Part shown: positions 10,302-18,241 of the stretch, one piece after another
Layout: every line of letters starts with the position of its first letter
Position numbering within the stretch: position 1 is the first letter of the stretch
NCBI GenBank assembly: GCA_031372065.1
Contig: JANMKN010000291.1
Span: forward strand, 1-54,819
Direction of reading: 5' to 3'
DNA from: Abditibacteriaceae bacterium
Lineage (GTDB): Bacteria > Armatimonadota > Abditibacteriia > Abditibacteriales > Abditibacteriaceae
Length of the DNA stretch: 54,819 nucleotides
Translations under genes and position numbers: made by a program
Notes under the pieces: model-generated
The model's database searches: none
The model's input: only the letters and a program-made list of their open reading frames with translations
What the model was told of the DNA's origin: nothing

Positions 10302-10450
10302 TATAGCGCTTAACGGATTGCAGGCTACAACAGGCGGAGCTAACGCTCTCTTCCAAACAAGGTGTTCCCTTTTAATTTTCGACTGCCCGTTTGGAAGAGG
10401 GCGCAGCCCCGCTTATGTGATTTGTAGCCAACAATCCGTTAAGCGCTATA
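10302..10450. mobile_element. 149-bp foldback element with 19-bp perfect terminal inverted repeats (MITE-like or structured RNA)
   Basis: TATAGCGCTTAACGGATTG (10302-10320) pairs with CAATCCGTTAAGCGCTATA (10432-10450); inner stems GGCTACAA/TTGTAGCC and CTCTTCCAAAC/GTTTGGAAGAG. Confidence 0.6.
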
Positions 10451-10451
10451 A

Positions 10452-10496
10452 TAAAGAGAAAACGCGCAGGGAGGATTCCCTTCGCGTTTTCGTTTT
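10452..10496 (-). terminator. Intrinsic terminator after the 126-aa orphan gene
   Basis: GAAAACGCG-c-AGGGA...TCCCT-t-CGCGTTTTC hairpin at 10458-10491 with T-rich flanks on both strands. Confidence 0.7.
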
Positions 10497-10515
10497 GCAA
10501 CCCTGCCGCTGACGC

Positions 10516-10896
10516 TTACGGATTCGACGGTGTTGTTTGCCCGCCTTGTTGGGTCGGGCCAGTGATTTGATCCAGCAGGTCAACCTGCTCGGAGCTTTGC
10601 AGCAAGCCGCGCAGGGCTTTGAGCGCCGCTTGATTTTTCACATCTAACAAGTGGCCTTGCGCGTCCAGTTGCTCTAAAATGGGCTTGATTTCCTTGATGA
10701 GGTCATCCAGTTGCTTGACCAAATCTTTGAGGGTATTGGTCAGCGTGGTATAGCCCGCCATTTCGATGCCCGGCAAGTTTTGAAACGCAGTGTTCAACTG
10801 TGCCATGACGCTGAGTGTGTCCACCGCGCGACGGATGAGTTCATTGATTTCCCAATCCGTAAACTTGCGGTCATAATCTACAAAAATGTCTGCCAT
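10516..10896 (-). CDS. Hypothetical alpha-helical / coiled-coil protein (126 aa), array-associated
   Basis: ATG at 10896 preceded by AGGAGAAAAGGACG RBS; amphipathic helix LTNTLKDLVKQLDDLIKEIKPILEQLDAQ. Confidence 0.8.
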   Translation of the reverse strand: MADIFVDYDRKFTDWEINELIRRAVDTLSVMAQLNTAFQNLPGIEMAGYTTLTNTLKDLVKQLDDLIKEIKPILEQLDAQGHLLDVKNQAALKALRGLLQSSEQVDLLDQITGPTQQGGQTTPSNP

Positions 10897-11005
10897 CGTC
10901 CTTTTCTCCTGCCAATTATAGAATGCGCCGGGACAAACGTTGCGGCGGTTGCGACCCCATTTTGCCATCAATTCCTACGTCAGCCATATACTAACCCGCA
11001 TTTGG

Positions 11006-11299
11006 CAGTCACTTTTTGAGAAAATTCACGGCACTTTGCGGAAAAGTGACTGCACTTTGGCAAAAGTTGAGTCAACTTTCTCCAAAGTTGACTCACCTTT
11101 TTGCTTTAGGCACCCAACTTTGCCCAAAGTTGACTCACCTTTTTGCCTTAGCCACTGACTTTTCGCCAAAGTGCCGTGCCTAAAACCCAAAAGTCAGTGA
11201 CATTTGCCCAAAAGTGTGTGCCTTCGGCCTTTTTAGACGTGTTCTCTACCCAAAAAGAGGGTATTTCCCCCTAAAAACGCCCCAAATTCCCTCTTAACG
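11006..11299. repeat. 21-bp-period degenerate array #2 (~14 units, often with ACTTT-N4-AAAGT dyad)
   Basis: Units such as gactgcactttggcaaaagtt, gagtcaactttctccaaagtt, cacccaactttgcccaaagtt; perfect dyad GAGTCAACTTT-ctcc-AAAGTTGACTC at 11069-11094. Confidence 0.9.
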
Positions 11300-11355
11300 G
11301 GTAGATTTACTGCCTTTCCTATACGGTCAACGCGAAATCGGGCTTGCAACAGACA

Positions 11356-11384
11356 TTTTTACTATTCAGAACCGCCGCTGTCAA
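11356..11384 (-). promoter_or_regulatory. Candidate sigma70 promoter reading into array #2
   Basis: TTGACA-N17-TAAAAA on the minus strand; the -10 is imperfect. Confidence 0.4.
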
Positions 11385-11439
11385 CCTAATATTTTTTCGA
11401 CTCTTTACGTCTCGCCGAAAGGTGAAGGGCGCGGCACAT

Positions 11440-11964
11440 TCAGGATTTCTTATCCTCTTCCGTCATTGGATGCAACAGAGTCATAAACTCATCGAAGGAA
11501 TCGGCAATGGGATAGAGATTGGAATAATCATAAGGGGCAGTCGCCCTATCTGAAAGCCAAAAGTGAATGGTGCCTTTGCGTGGCCCATCTAAAAATATAC
11601 ATACTTGATTCCCCGCACGGTCACATGCAATGGGTAACAATTCGGGAGCGATGACCATGTTATTCAAGTCACCTTGGTAGCACAGTAGCAAATCCAAGGT
11701 CGAGCCGATTTTGAACCCATAAAACATACCTAAGGACGCAGAAGTCACCAAGTCAGGACGGCGTTGAATGGGATAATAAACTCCGAAGAACGTATAGCCA
11801 CTGAACTTTTTGAGAAATTCGCGATAATCCATTGGCAAAGAATAGCCAATAGATTGCTCAAATGCTTGTAACTCCTCTTCGGACAAAAGGACGGGTTGTT
11901 GTCCTATCCCAACTGAATAGGACTCTCCCGCCAATTCTTCAATTCTTTGCCAGTAGCGATTCAT
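11440..11964 (-). CDS. SMI1/KNR4 (SUKH) family immunity protein, copy 3
   Basis: LSEEELQAFEQSIGYSLPMDYREFL; LLPIACDRAGNQVCI; IADSFDEF. Confidence 0.9.
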   Translation of the reverse strand: MNRYWQRIEELAGESYSVGIGQQPVLLSEEELQAFEQSIGYSLPMDYREFLKKFSGYTFFGVYYPIQRRPDLVTSASLGMFYGFKIGSTLDLLLCYQGDLNNMVIAPELLPIACDRAGNQVCIFLDGPRKGTIHFWLSDRATAPYDYSNLYPIADSFDEFMTLLHPMTEEDKKS

Positions 11965-11981
11965 GTCGAATTACGCACTTT

Positions 11982-12518
11982 TTACTTCGACCGGCGTTGT
12001 TCCTCTTCAGTTATCGGATGTAACAAATGCAAGAACGCCTCGAACGAATCAGAGATCGGGTAAAGATACGAATAATCAAGACGATTCACAGCGTCTTCGC
12101 TGTAAAACAAATGCACACTGCCTTTCTTCTCACCATCCAAAAACAGGCAGATCGCATCGAAGCCGCCACCCTCATCTGTAATTGGCAGCAACTCCGGCCC
12201 GATGAGTTGTTCATCTACATAATTATGATACCGCGTCAGCAAATCCATCATCGAAGAAAAAGGAAATATTCCGTAAAAGGTGTCAACGGCACCGAGAGTT
12301 CGTCCATCCGGTATGTTTGCAAGGCGATAAACGATCTCATTAATAAACCCGTAACCACCAAACTCCTTGAGGAACTCACGATAGTCGTCTGGCAACGCAT
12401 AGCCAATCGTCTCCTCAAATGCCTTGAGTTGCTCTTCCGAAAGCGTGACATTGGGTTGTTTCTCTGTGTGAAGAAAACGCCCACCCAACTCAGCTACTCG
12501 TTGCGCATATCGATTCAT
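11982..12518 (-). CDS. SMI1/KNR4 (SUKH) family immunity protein, copy 2
   Basis: LSEEQLKAFEETIGYALPDDYREFL..GG; LLPITDEGG; ISDSFEAF. Confidence 0.9.
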   Translation of the reverse strand: MNRYAQRVAELGGRFLHTEKQPNVTLSEEQLKAFEETIGYALPDDYREFLKEFGGYGFINEIVYRLANIPDGRTLGAVDTFYGIFPFSSMMDLLTRYHNYVDEQLIGPELLPITDEGGGFDAICLFLDGEKKGSVHLFYSEDAVNRLDYSYLYPISDSFEAFLHLLHPITEEEQRRSK

Positions 12519-12535
12519 GGGAAATCACTCCACTT

Positions 12536-12577
12536 TCACTTTGCCAACTGTTCAATCGCTTCGGCTAATTGCAAGCG
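12536..12577 (-). repeat. Relic duplicate of the 3' end of the upstream large gene (RLQLAEAIEQLAK*)
   Basis: Matches 13135-13176 (RLQLAEAIEQLMT*); 29/33 nt identical over 11 codons and all differences synonymous. Confidence 0.9.
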
Positions 12578-12592
12578 TTAGACGCGAATTAT

Positions 12593-13120
12593 TCAACCTT
12601 GTCGCTTTTCCTCGTCATTTATTGGGCGTAACATTTGGATGAACTCATCGAACGAATCAGCGATGTGATACAGATTCGAGTAGTCGTAAGGAAAATCGAA
12701 TTCCTCTTCGTAAAACAGATGGACAGTGCCCTTTTTGTCACCGCCCAAAAACAAACATATAGGGTCGTGGTCGCCGCCTTCATCCATAATTGGCAATAGT
12801 TCTGGCCCCATCAACTCATTGTCTACAAAGCTGTGATGCCGCATTAGTAGATCAAATGGTGAAGAGGCGATAACACCGTAAAATGTGCCAACTCCCCACC
12901 ATGTTCGCCGATCTGGCATATTTGCAAAAGAAAATACGGTATCCCAAAAACCATAACCACCATAGTCCTTGAGAAACTCTCGATAGTCTTCTGGTAGGGG
13001 AAAACCAATCTCTTTTTCCAATTTTTGGAGTTGTTCTTCTGAGAGTGTGACGGGCTGTGTCCATCCCTTACCAGAGAAAACTCCTCCTAATTCAGCAACG
13101 CGCTTTTCGTATTTGTTCAT
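12593..13120 (-). CDS. SMI1/KNR4 (SUKH) family immunity protein, copy 1
   Basis: MNKYEKRVAELGG; LEKEIGFPLPEDYREFLKDYGG; IADSFDEF. Confidence 0.9.
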   Translation of the reverse strand: MNKYEKRVAELGGVFSGKGWTQPVTLSEEQLQKLEKEIGFPLPEDYREFLKDYGGYGFWDTVFSFANMPDRRTWWGVGTFYGVIASSPFDLLMRHHSFVDNELMGPELLPIMDEGGDHDPICLFLGGDKKGTVHLFYEEEFDFPYDYSNLYHIADSFDEFIQMLRPINDEEKRQG

Positions 13121-13134
13121 GTGAGATTCACCTT

Positions 13135-16100
13135 TCAAGTCATCAATTGCTCAATCGCTTCGGCTAATTGGAGGCGATAGGTTTTGAATTCGGCGACGGG
13201 CCATTTGGCGTTGTGGTCGCGCTCGCCGAGTTTGAAAGCGTTCAGTTTGTCGTCCAGCAGTTTGCGCGCGGCGTTGGCTGTCGGATAGTTTGGCTTTTCA
13301 CGAAGCAAGCGCGAAAGCGTTTGTATATAACGATAATCGTCCACGCCTTCGCGGATTTCGCGCTCGAAATGGATGGTCGGAATTAATTCGCCCTCGGCGT
13401 TGGCCGAACACCACGCGAAATCATCTTCGCGGCTGTCGAGGGCGTAATAGGGGTCGCCCGCCGAGGCATTCCAGTGCCACGAGAGGCGAAACTTCATGCC
13501 CGCTTGCCCCGCTTTGAACATATAAGTGCCAAACGTCCAGCGATTGCCGCCGTTGTAAAACGCCCACTCGCTGCCCGCGTTTTGAATGGCTTTAATGGAC
13601 GCCTCGCTGTGCCCGTTTAAGTTGGCGATTTTTAGCGCCTTGGCTAATTGCAAATGCGGGTCGTTGCCGTCGCTCGTTTCGGTGCTGGTGGCGCCGGTTG
13701 TCCACAATGTCGGCGGCGCGGCTTCGCGCCACGCTTTGGCGTTGGCGATGGATTTCGGCACGGCATCGCCCAATGGCTCATCAGCCAAATTAAACGCGAC
13801 GGGCAGCCAATTGGCGGCTTTGGCGTGGGCGTCCACGACAGTCAAAACGGCGCGCAGAAAATCGGCGTAATTGGCGAATCCGGCTTCTTTCATGGCGTTT
13901 TCGTCCACAAAATAATTGTCGAAGCCACCAATGCCGCCATTGTAATTGACGACCACGTTTTTGAAGTCGAGGGCTTTGGCATCGTTCATTTCGCTGTCGG
14001 CCTTGGTGAAATCAATTTGCGGCACGCGGTTTTGCCAGCCGCTAATGCGCAGCGTCGGAATGCCGGAAAAAGTCGTCAGGCCGTAATCGCGCAGTTTCGT
14101 TAGAGATTTGCGAAACATTTCGCGTTCGTAGTCGCCTTTTTCCTCCCCACGCCAAGGTAAATCAATGCTCGAACCCCACGGGCCAGCGGGCATATTTAGT
14201 TCATCCAATGGCGTGGCAAAAAGGCGCACACTTAGCGGCAAAATCTGCATTTTGCCATCGGCGAAGGTGATTTTAATTTGGCCCCGATAAATTCCGGCGC
14301 GCACCGTTTTAGGAGCGCGCAAAGTCAGCCAAAACGTCGTTGTCACGTCTTTTTTCAAGTTTGCGCTGCTTTTGGGCATCACATAACGCGGCGCAATTGT
14401 ATAAACGGTGCCTTCCATCGTGACGCGGCTCAGGCGATGCGACACCACGCCACTTTGAATGGCCGACGCGGGCAAAATGCCACTGGGCGAAGTTAAATCA
14501 GAAACCGAAATTTTCGCTTCGCCCAAATCGCGCAGCGGCAAAACCGAAACGACAATCGGCTCCCTTTCGCCCGCCGACGCGAAAATATCCAGCGGCTTAT
14601 TGATTTCCTCGCGGCGCGGGACGGCGTTGACAGGCACATCTTCCATCCAATCGCGCACGAAAGTCACAAAACCGGCGTTTTGCTCTGGCGGCGTCGGTAT
14701 AAAAGCCGGAATCGCGCCTTTGCTGTCGCGGTTTCCCACCGGGTTAATGCGCTTGAAATAGTTGTCGAAATAAAAGCGCCGCCGCTCTTGCAAATTCTTT
14801 AAATATTGCTGGCCAGACCCCCCTTTGTCCCCCCTTGGTAAGGGGGGATTAAGGGGGGGGTCGGCAGGATAAATCACCAAGGCCGAAACCGAATTGGCCC
14901 AGTTTTCGCCGAGAAATTCCAAAAACAACTGGCCGTCTTTCACTTCAACATCAAACTCTTTTTCGCCAAAATATGGCTTCTGATATTTGTCAAAAGTGTT
15001 TTCGCCGAGGCTGTCTTCCACATCGGCAAAGCGAAAATACTTTTGCTTGAAGCGCGTCAAATCCATCGTATCGCGCACCACTTCGAGGCCGTTGGCTTTG
15101 ACGATGCGCTGCGTGTAAACCTGATATTCGCCCCAATAACCCGATGGATTATCCAAGTTCACAAAGACGTGATATTTGCCGTTGGGCACGTCAAGGGCGA
15201 AGCCGCCTTTTTCGATACAGATGAAATTTTGATACAGCGGGTCGGGCTGCAAAACATCGAAAGCGCGCCAAATTTGCGCGTCTTTCAAGCCATAGCCGCG
15301 CCCTTTAGAATAGGTCGTCGCAGGCGTAACAGCCTCAAAGCCGCGCAGCGGCGGCGAAGTGCCCGGCCCGAATGAAAAAGCGCGCAAACCAGGCACTTTT
15401 ACGCTGTCGGACAAATCGCGTTCAAGGCGCAAATTATCGAAGAAAAGCGGCGCTTTGGTATCTTCTACAATGAAGACAAAACGCGTGATGCTATCTTTCA
15501 ATAAGCCCCGTCCGGGCCGACTTTTTTCGCCGACATAAAGATCGGTGGGCACTATTAAAGTCGAAGCGCCCGGTGGCACAACTGTCGAATAATTAACGCG
15601 CGTCCAATAATCTTTGGTGTCTTTGTCGCGGATTTCGATATTCACTTTCGCTGGCTCATCGCCCACGTTGAAAACATCGCTCTTGAAAAAGTCATAACCG
15701 CTCCAATTTTGCGCGGTTTCGAGCGAAGCGTAACCTTTATCAAGTTGCAGCGCATATTGGCCGTTTGTGGCGTGGTTTTGCACCACGGACGCCGCATCGC
15801 TGGCGCTCCACGGCGCAAGTTTGCCATCTTCAAAACTGGTAATGTTTTTTATCGGCGGGCCATCAAAAGCCGCTTCGGTTTTCAAGTCGGCGCCGCACGC
15901 ATAGCAAGTTTTCCACTGCGGCATATTGCGATAGCCGCAGTCGGGACAGGCCACAGCATTAGCGGCATCCAACGGTGCAGGCGGCGCAATCGGCTTTTCT
16001 TCGGCGCCCAAAACAGGGCCATTGGTCAGCGGCGTTTTGTCATCCACTTTCACCAGTTCGGCATCGTCTATCCATAATCTGCCCGGCACATGAAGGCCAA

Positions 16101-16578
16101 TGCGAAAAACCACTTCGCCTTTTTTGGGCACATCTTTGACGATGGAAAGGCGAGTCCAGCCAAAAGTGCCGGACTTTTTCAGTTGCGCATATTCTTCATC
16201 CGCAAAGTTCACATCTTCGCTGTAGCCATATTGATGAACGCCGACATCAAGGCCACGAATAAAGCACGAAAAACGATAGCGGCCCGGTTCGAGAGTGACA
16301 GCGGGGCTGAAAAGGCGAATTTTGCCGCCTTGCGCGCCGCTGATTTCGGCGCTGCTTTTTCCCGAATGCGCCACTTTGCCGACGCGAAATTCCGGCGCGC
16401 CGTCGTAAATCCAGCCGCTCCATTTGCTAAACGGCACGCCAAACTGGTTTTTCTCTTGCGTGGCTTCAATTGAAGGGTCGGGCAGCAAATTGCCGGGGCC
16501 TTGCGCGGCCAAGCGGCAGGAAGCCATTGTCAAAGCGGCGGCAAAAATTAAAAACAAACGTGTGCTAAAATGTCGCAT
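13135..16578 (-). CDS. Large secreted multidomain protein: CBM-like domains, Zn ribbon, C-terminal glycoside-hydrolase-like domain (GH123-like, tentative)
   Basis: Signal peptide from ATG 16578; NLLPDPSIE...WIDD CBM-like motif; CPDC...CYAC; ADEP motif; IREGVDDYRY C-terminal motif. Confidence 0.7.
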   Translation of the reverse strand: MRHFSTRLFLIFAAALTMASCRLAAQGPGNLLPDPSIEATQEKNQFGVPFSKWSGWIYDGAPEFRVGKVAHSGKSSAEISGAQGGKIRLFSPAVTLEPGRYRFSCFIRGLDVGVHQYGYSEDVNFADEEYAQLKKSGTFGWTRLSIVKDVPKKGEVVFRIGLHVPGRLWIDDAELVKVDDKTPLTNGPVLGAEEKPIAPPAPLDAANAVACPDCGYRNMPQWKTCYACGADLKTEAAFDGPPIKNITSFEDGKLAPWSASDAASVVQNHATNGQYALQLDKGYASLETAQNWSGYDFFKSDVFNVGDEPAKVNIEIRDKDTKDYWTRVNYSTVVPPGASTLIVPTDLYVGEKSRPGRGLLKDSITRFVFIVEDTKAPLFFDNLRLERDLSDSVKVPGLRAFSFGPGTSPPLRGFEAVTPATTYSKGRGYGLKDAQIWRAFDVLQPDPLYQNFICIEKGGFALDVPNGKYHVFVNLDNPSGYWGEYQVYTQRIVKANGLEVVRDTMDLTRFKQKYFRFADVEDSLGENTFDKYQKPYFGEKEFDVEVKDGQLFLEFLGENWANSVSALVIYPADPPLNPPLPRGDKGGSGQQYLKNLQERRRFYFDNYFKRINPVGNRDSKGAIPAFIPTPPEQNAGFVTFVRDWMEDVPVNAVPRREEINKPLDIFASAGEREPIVVSVLPLRDLGEAKISVSDLTSPSGILPASAIQSGVVSHRLSRVTMEGTVYTIAPRYVMPKSSANLKKDVTTTFWLTLRAPKTVRAGIYRGQIKITFADGKMQILPLSVRLFATPLDELNMPAGPWGSSIDLPWRGEEKGDYEREMFRKSLTKLRDYGLTTFSGIPTLRISGWQNRVPQIDFTKADSEMNDAKALDFKNVVVNYNGGIGGFDNYFVDENAMKEAGFANYADFLRAVLTVVDAHAKAANWLPVAFNLADEPLGDAVPKSIANAKAWREAAPPTLWTTGATSTETSDGNDPHLQLAKALKIANLNGHSEASIKAIQNAGSEWAFYNGGNRWTFGTYMFKAGQAGMKFRLSWHWNASAGDPYYALDSREDDFAWCSANAEGELIPTIHFEREIREGVDDYRYIQTLSRLLREKPNYPTANAARKLLDDKLNAFKLGERDHNAKWPVAEFKTYRLQLAEAIEQLMT
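14816..14862. repeat. G/C-run palindromic element inside the coding sequence
   Basis: GACCCCCC-tttg-TCCCCCCTT-ggt-AAGGGGGGA-ttaagg-GGGGGGTC nested hairpin; reads DPPLNPPLPRGDKGGS in the host frame. Confidence 0.8.
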
Positions 16579-16678
16579 AATTTCATCTACCAACGCGTGA
16601 ATCGGCAAAAAGCCGCGCTCTTTTGTCAGACAATGAGGGACGCGCAACGGCGCGGAATTTTTTGGGGAACAAAACAAC

Positions 16679-18061
16679 ATGATGCGACGCGAATTTTTGA
16701 TGGCGGGCATGGGAACTGTGGCTTTGGCCGCTTTAGCAAACACCAATGTAGTGACAGCAGCACCAACCGTGCCGAAATTGGCGCCGCGTTTTGGCGATGG
16801 GCGCGATTGGTGGTTTGGGAAGCGATTTGGCCTGTTTGTGCATTGGGGTTTGTATGCCATTCACGGCCTGCACGAGCAGGAACAATGGCGCTACAAAGTG
16901 CCACGCAGAGAATACGTCAAGCTGGCCCAGCAGTGGAATCCAATCCATTTTAATCCCGACGAATGGCTCGATTTAGCCGAAGCCGCTGGCATGAAATACA
17001 TTTGCCTGACGACCAAACATCACGACGGCTTTTGTCTGTGGGACACAAAGTTGACGAGCTACAACACCATGAACACGCCTTATGGCAAAGATATCGTGAA
17101 AATGCTGGCCGATGCCTGTCATAAGCGCGATTTTCCGTTGTGTTTGTATTATTCGATTGCTGATTGGCATCAGCCGAATTATCCCAATCAAGGTCGCCAT
17201 CACGAACTGCTGCCGCAAGCGGGCGACGAGCCAGATTTACCGAAATATATCGAATTTTTGCGCGGCCAAATCCGCGAACTTTGCACCAACTACGGCGAGA
17301 TTCACGGTATTTGGTGGGATATGAACGTGGACAAGCACGTTGACCCGACGATTAACGCTATGATTCGCCAGTTGCAGCCCAAAGCCGTCATCAATGATCG
17401 CGGCTACGACGCGGGCGATTTCGGCACGCCGGAACGCGATTTCAGCGCCAGCGGCGAAGAGTTGCCGTCGTTTGAAAAACGCACCGAAGCCTGCCAATCC
17501 ATTGGCAGCGAAAGTTGGGGATATCGCAAAAACGAAGATTATTACAGCGACCGCCATTTACTGCGGAGCATTGATAAATACTTGGCGCGCGACGCCAATT
17601 ATTTATTAAACGTCGGCCCGCAAGCAGATGGGCGCATTCCCGCTGAAGCGCAAGCGATTTTGCGGCGCATCGGCGCGTGGTATGGCCGCGTCAAAGAATC
17701 GCTTGAAAATGTGCAACCGGCTTCGCACTTGACGACCAATAAAAACGTTTTGCTGACGCGCCGCGATAATAACCTTTATGTGCATCTGCACAAAGACGCC
17801 CTCACCGAAGCCATAAAACTCAAGCCGCTGACCATCACCCCACGCCGCGCCACTCTTTTAAACAGCGGCACACCCGTAGATTTTTCGCTGGACATGGCCC
17901 CCAGCGATCACATCGAAGGCAAAGGCTACCTGCGCCTGCGCAATTTGCCCGTCAACGAAATGGCGAACACAGTTCTCGTGGTCAAACTTGAATTCGACAA
18001 TCTGCCGCAAACAACGCAAAACGAAGCCGCGCCGGGAGCCAATGATATTACGCGACGTTAA
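16679..18061 (+). CDS. Alpha-L-fucosidase (GH29), Tat-exported
   Basis: MRREFL Tat motif; FGLFVHWG; TTKHHDGFCLW; IWWD nucleophile; LLNVGP. Confidence 0.92.
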   Translation: MMRREFLMAGMGTVALAALANTNVVTAAPTVPKLAPRFGDGRDWWFGKRFGLFVHWGLYAIHGLHEQEQWRYKVPRREYVKLAQQWNPIHFNPDEWLDLAEAAGMKYICLTTKHHDGFCLWDTKLTSYNTMNTPYGKDIVKMLADACHKRDFPLCLYYSIADWHQPNYPNQGRHHELLPQAGDEPDLPKYIEFLRGQIRELCTNYGEIHGIWWDMNVDKHVDPTINAMIRQLQPKAVINDRGYDAGDFGTPERDFSASGEELPSFEKRTEACQSIGSESWGYRKNEDYYSDRHLLRSIDKYLARDANYLLNVGPQADGRIPAEAQAILRRIGAWYGRVKESLENVQPASHLTTNKNVLLTRRDNNLYVHLHKDALTEAIKLKPLTITPRRATLLNSGTPVDFSLDMAPSDHIEGKGYLRLRNLPVNEMANTVLVVKLEFDNLPQTTQNEAAPGANDITRR

Positions 18062-18241
18062 GCAAACAAAGCAAGAGTCATTTCCACGAATTTACAGTTT
18101 CCCACAGATTGCAACATTAAATGGCAACGTTTTGATTTGATCCGCTAATCGCCGCGTAGCTTCATCGCGCCTAATCCTTCCTGAATTGGTGACATAGCTT
18201 ACACTTTTGGTTCAAAGATTCTAAAATTGCACGCATTTACA

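Noticed and set aside
10302..10450. 6S RNA or SRP RNA
   Set aside because: It is rod-like, but I see no symmetric central bubble or SRP tetraloop motif, and the perfect TATA-ended TIRs fit a MITE better. An Rfam search is needed to exclude this fully.
16579..16860. N-terminal extension of the 1241-aa ORF, and likewise the ORF-track starts at 37027, 52490, 30538, 24627 and 38305
   Set aside because: The extensions overlap neighbouring genes or promoter regions. Signal peptides or family N-terminal motifs begin at the downstream starts used in the feature list.
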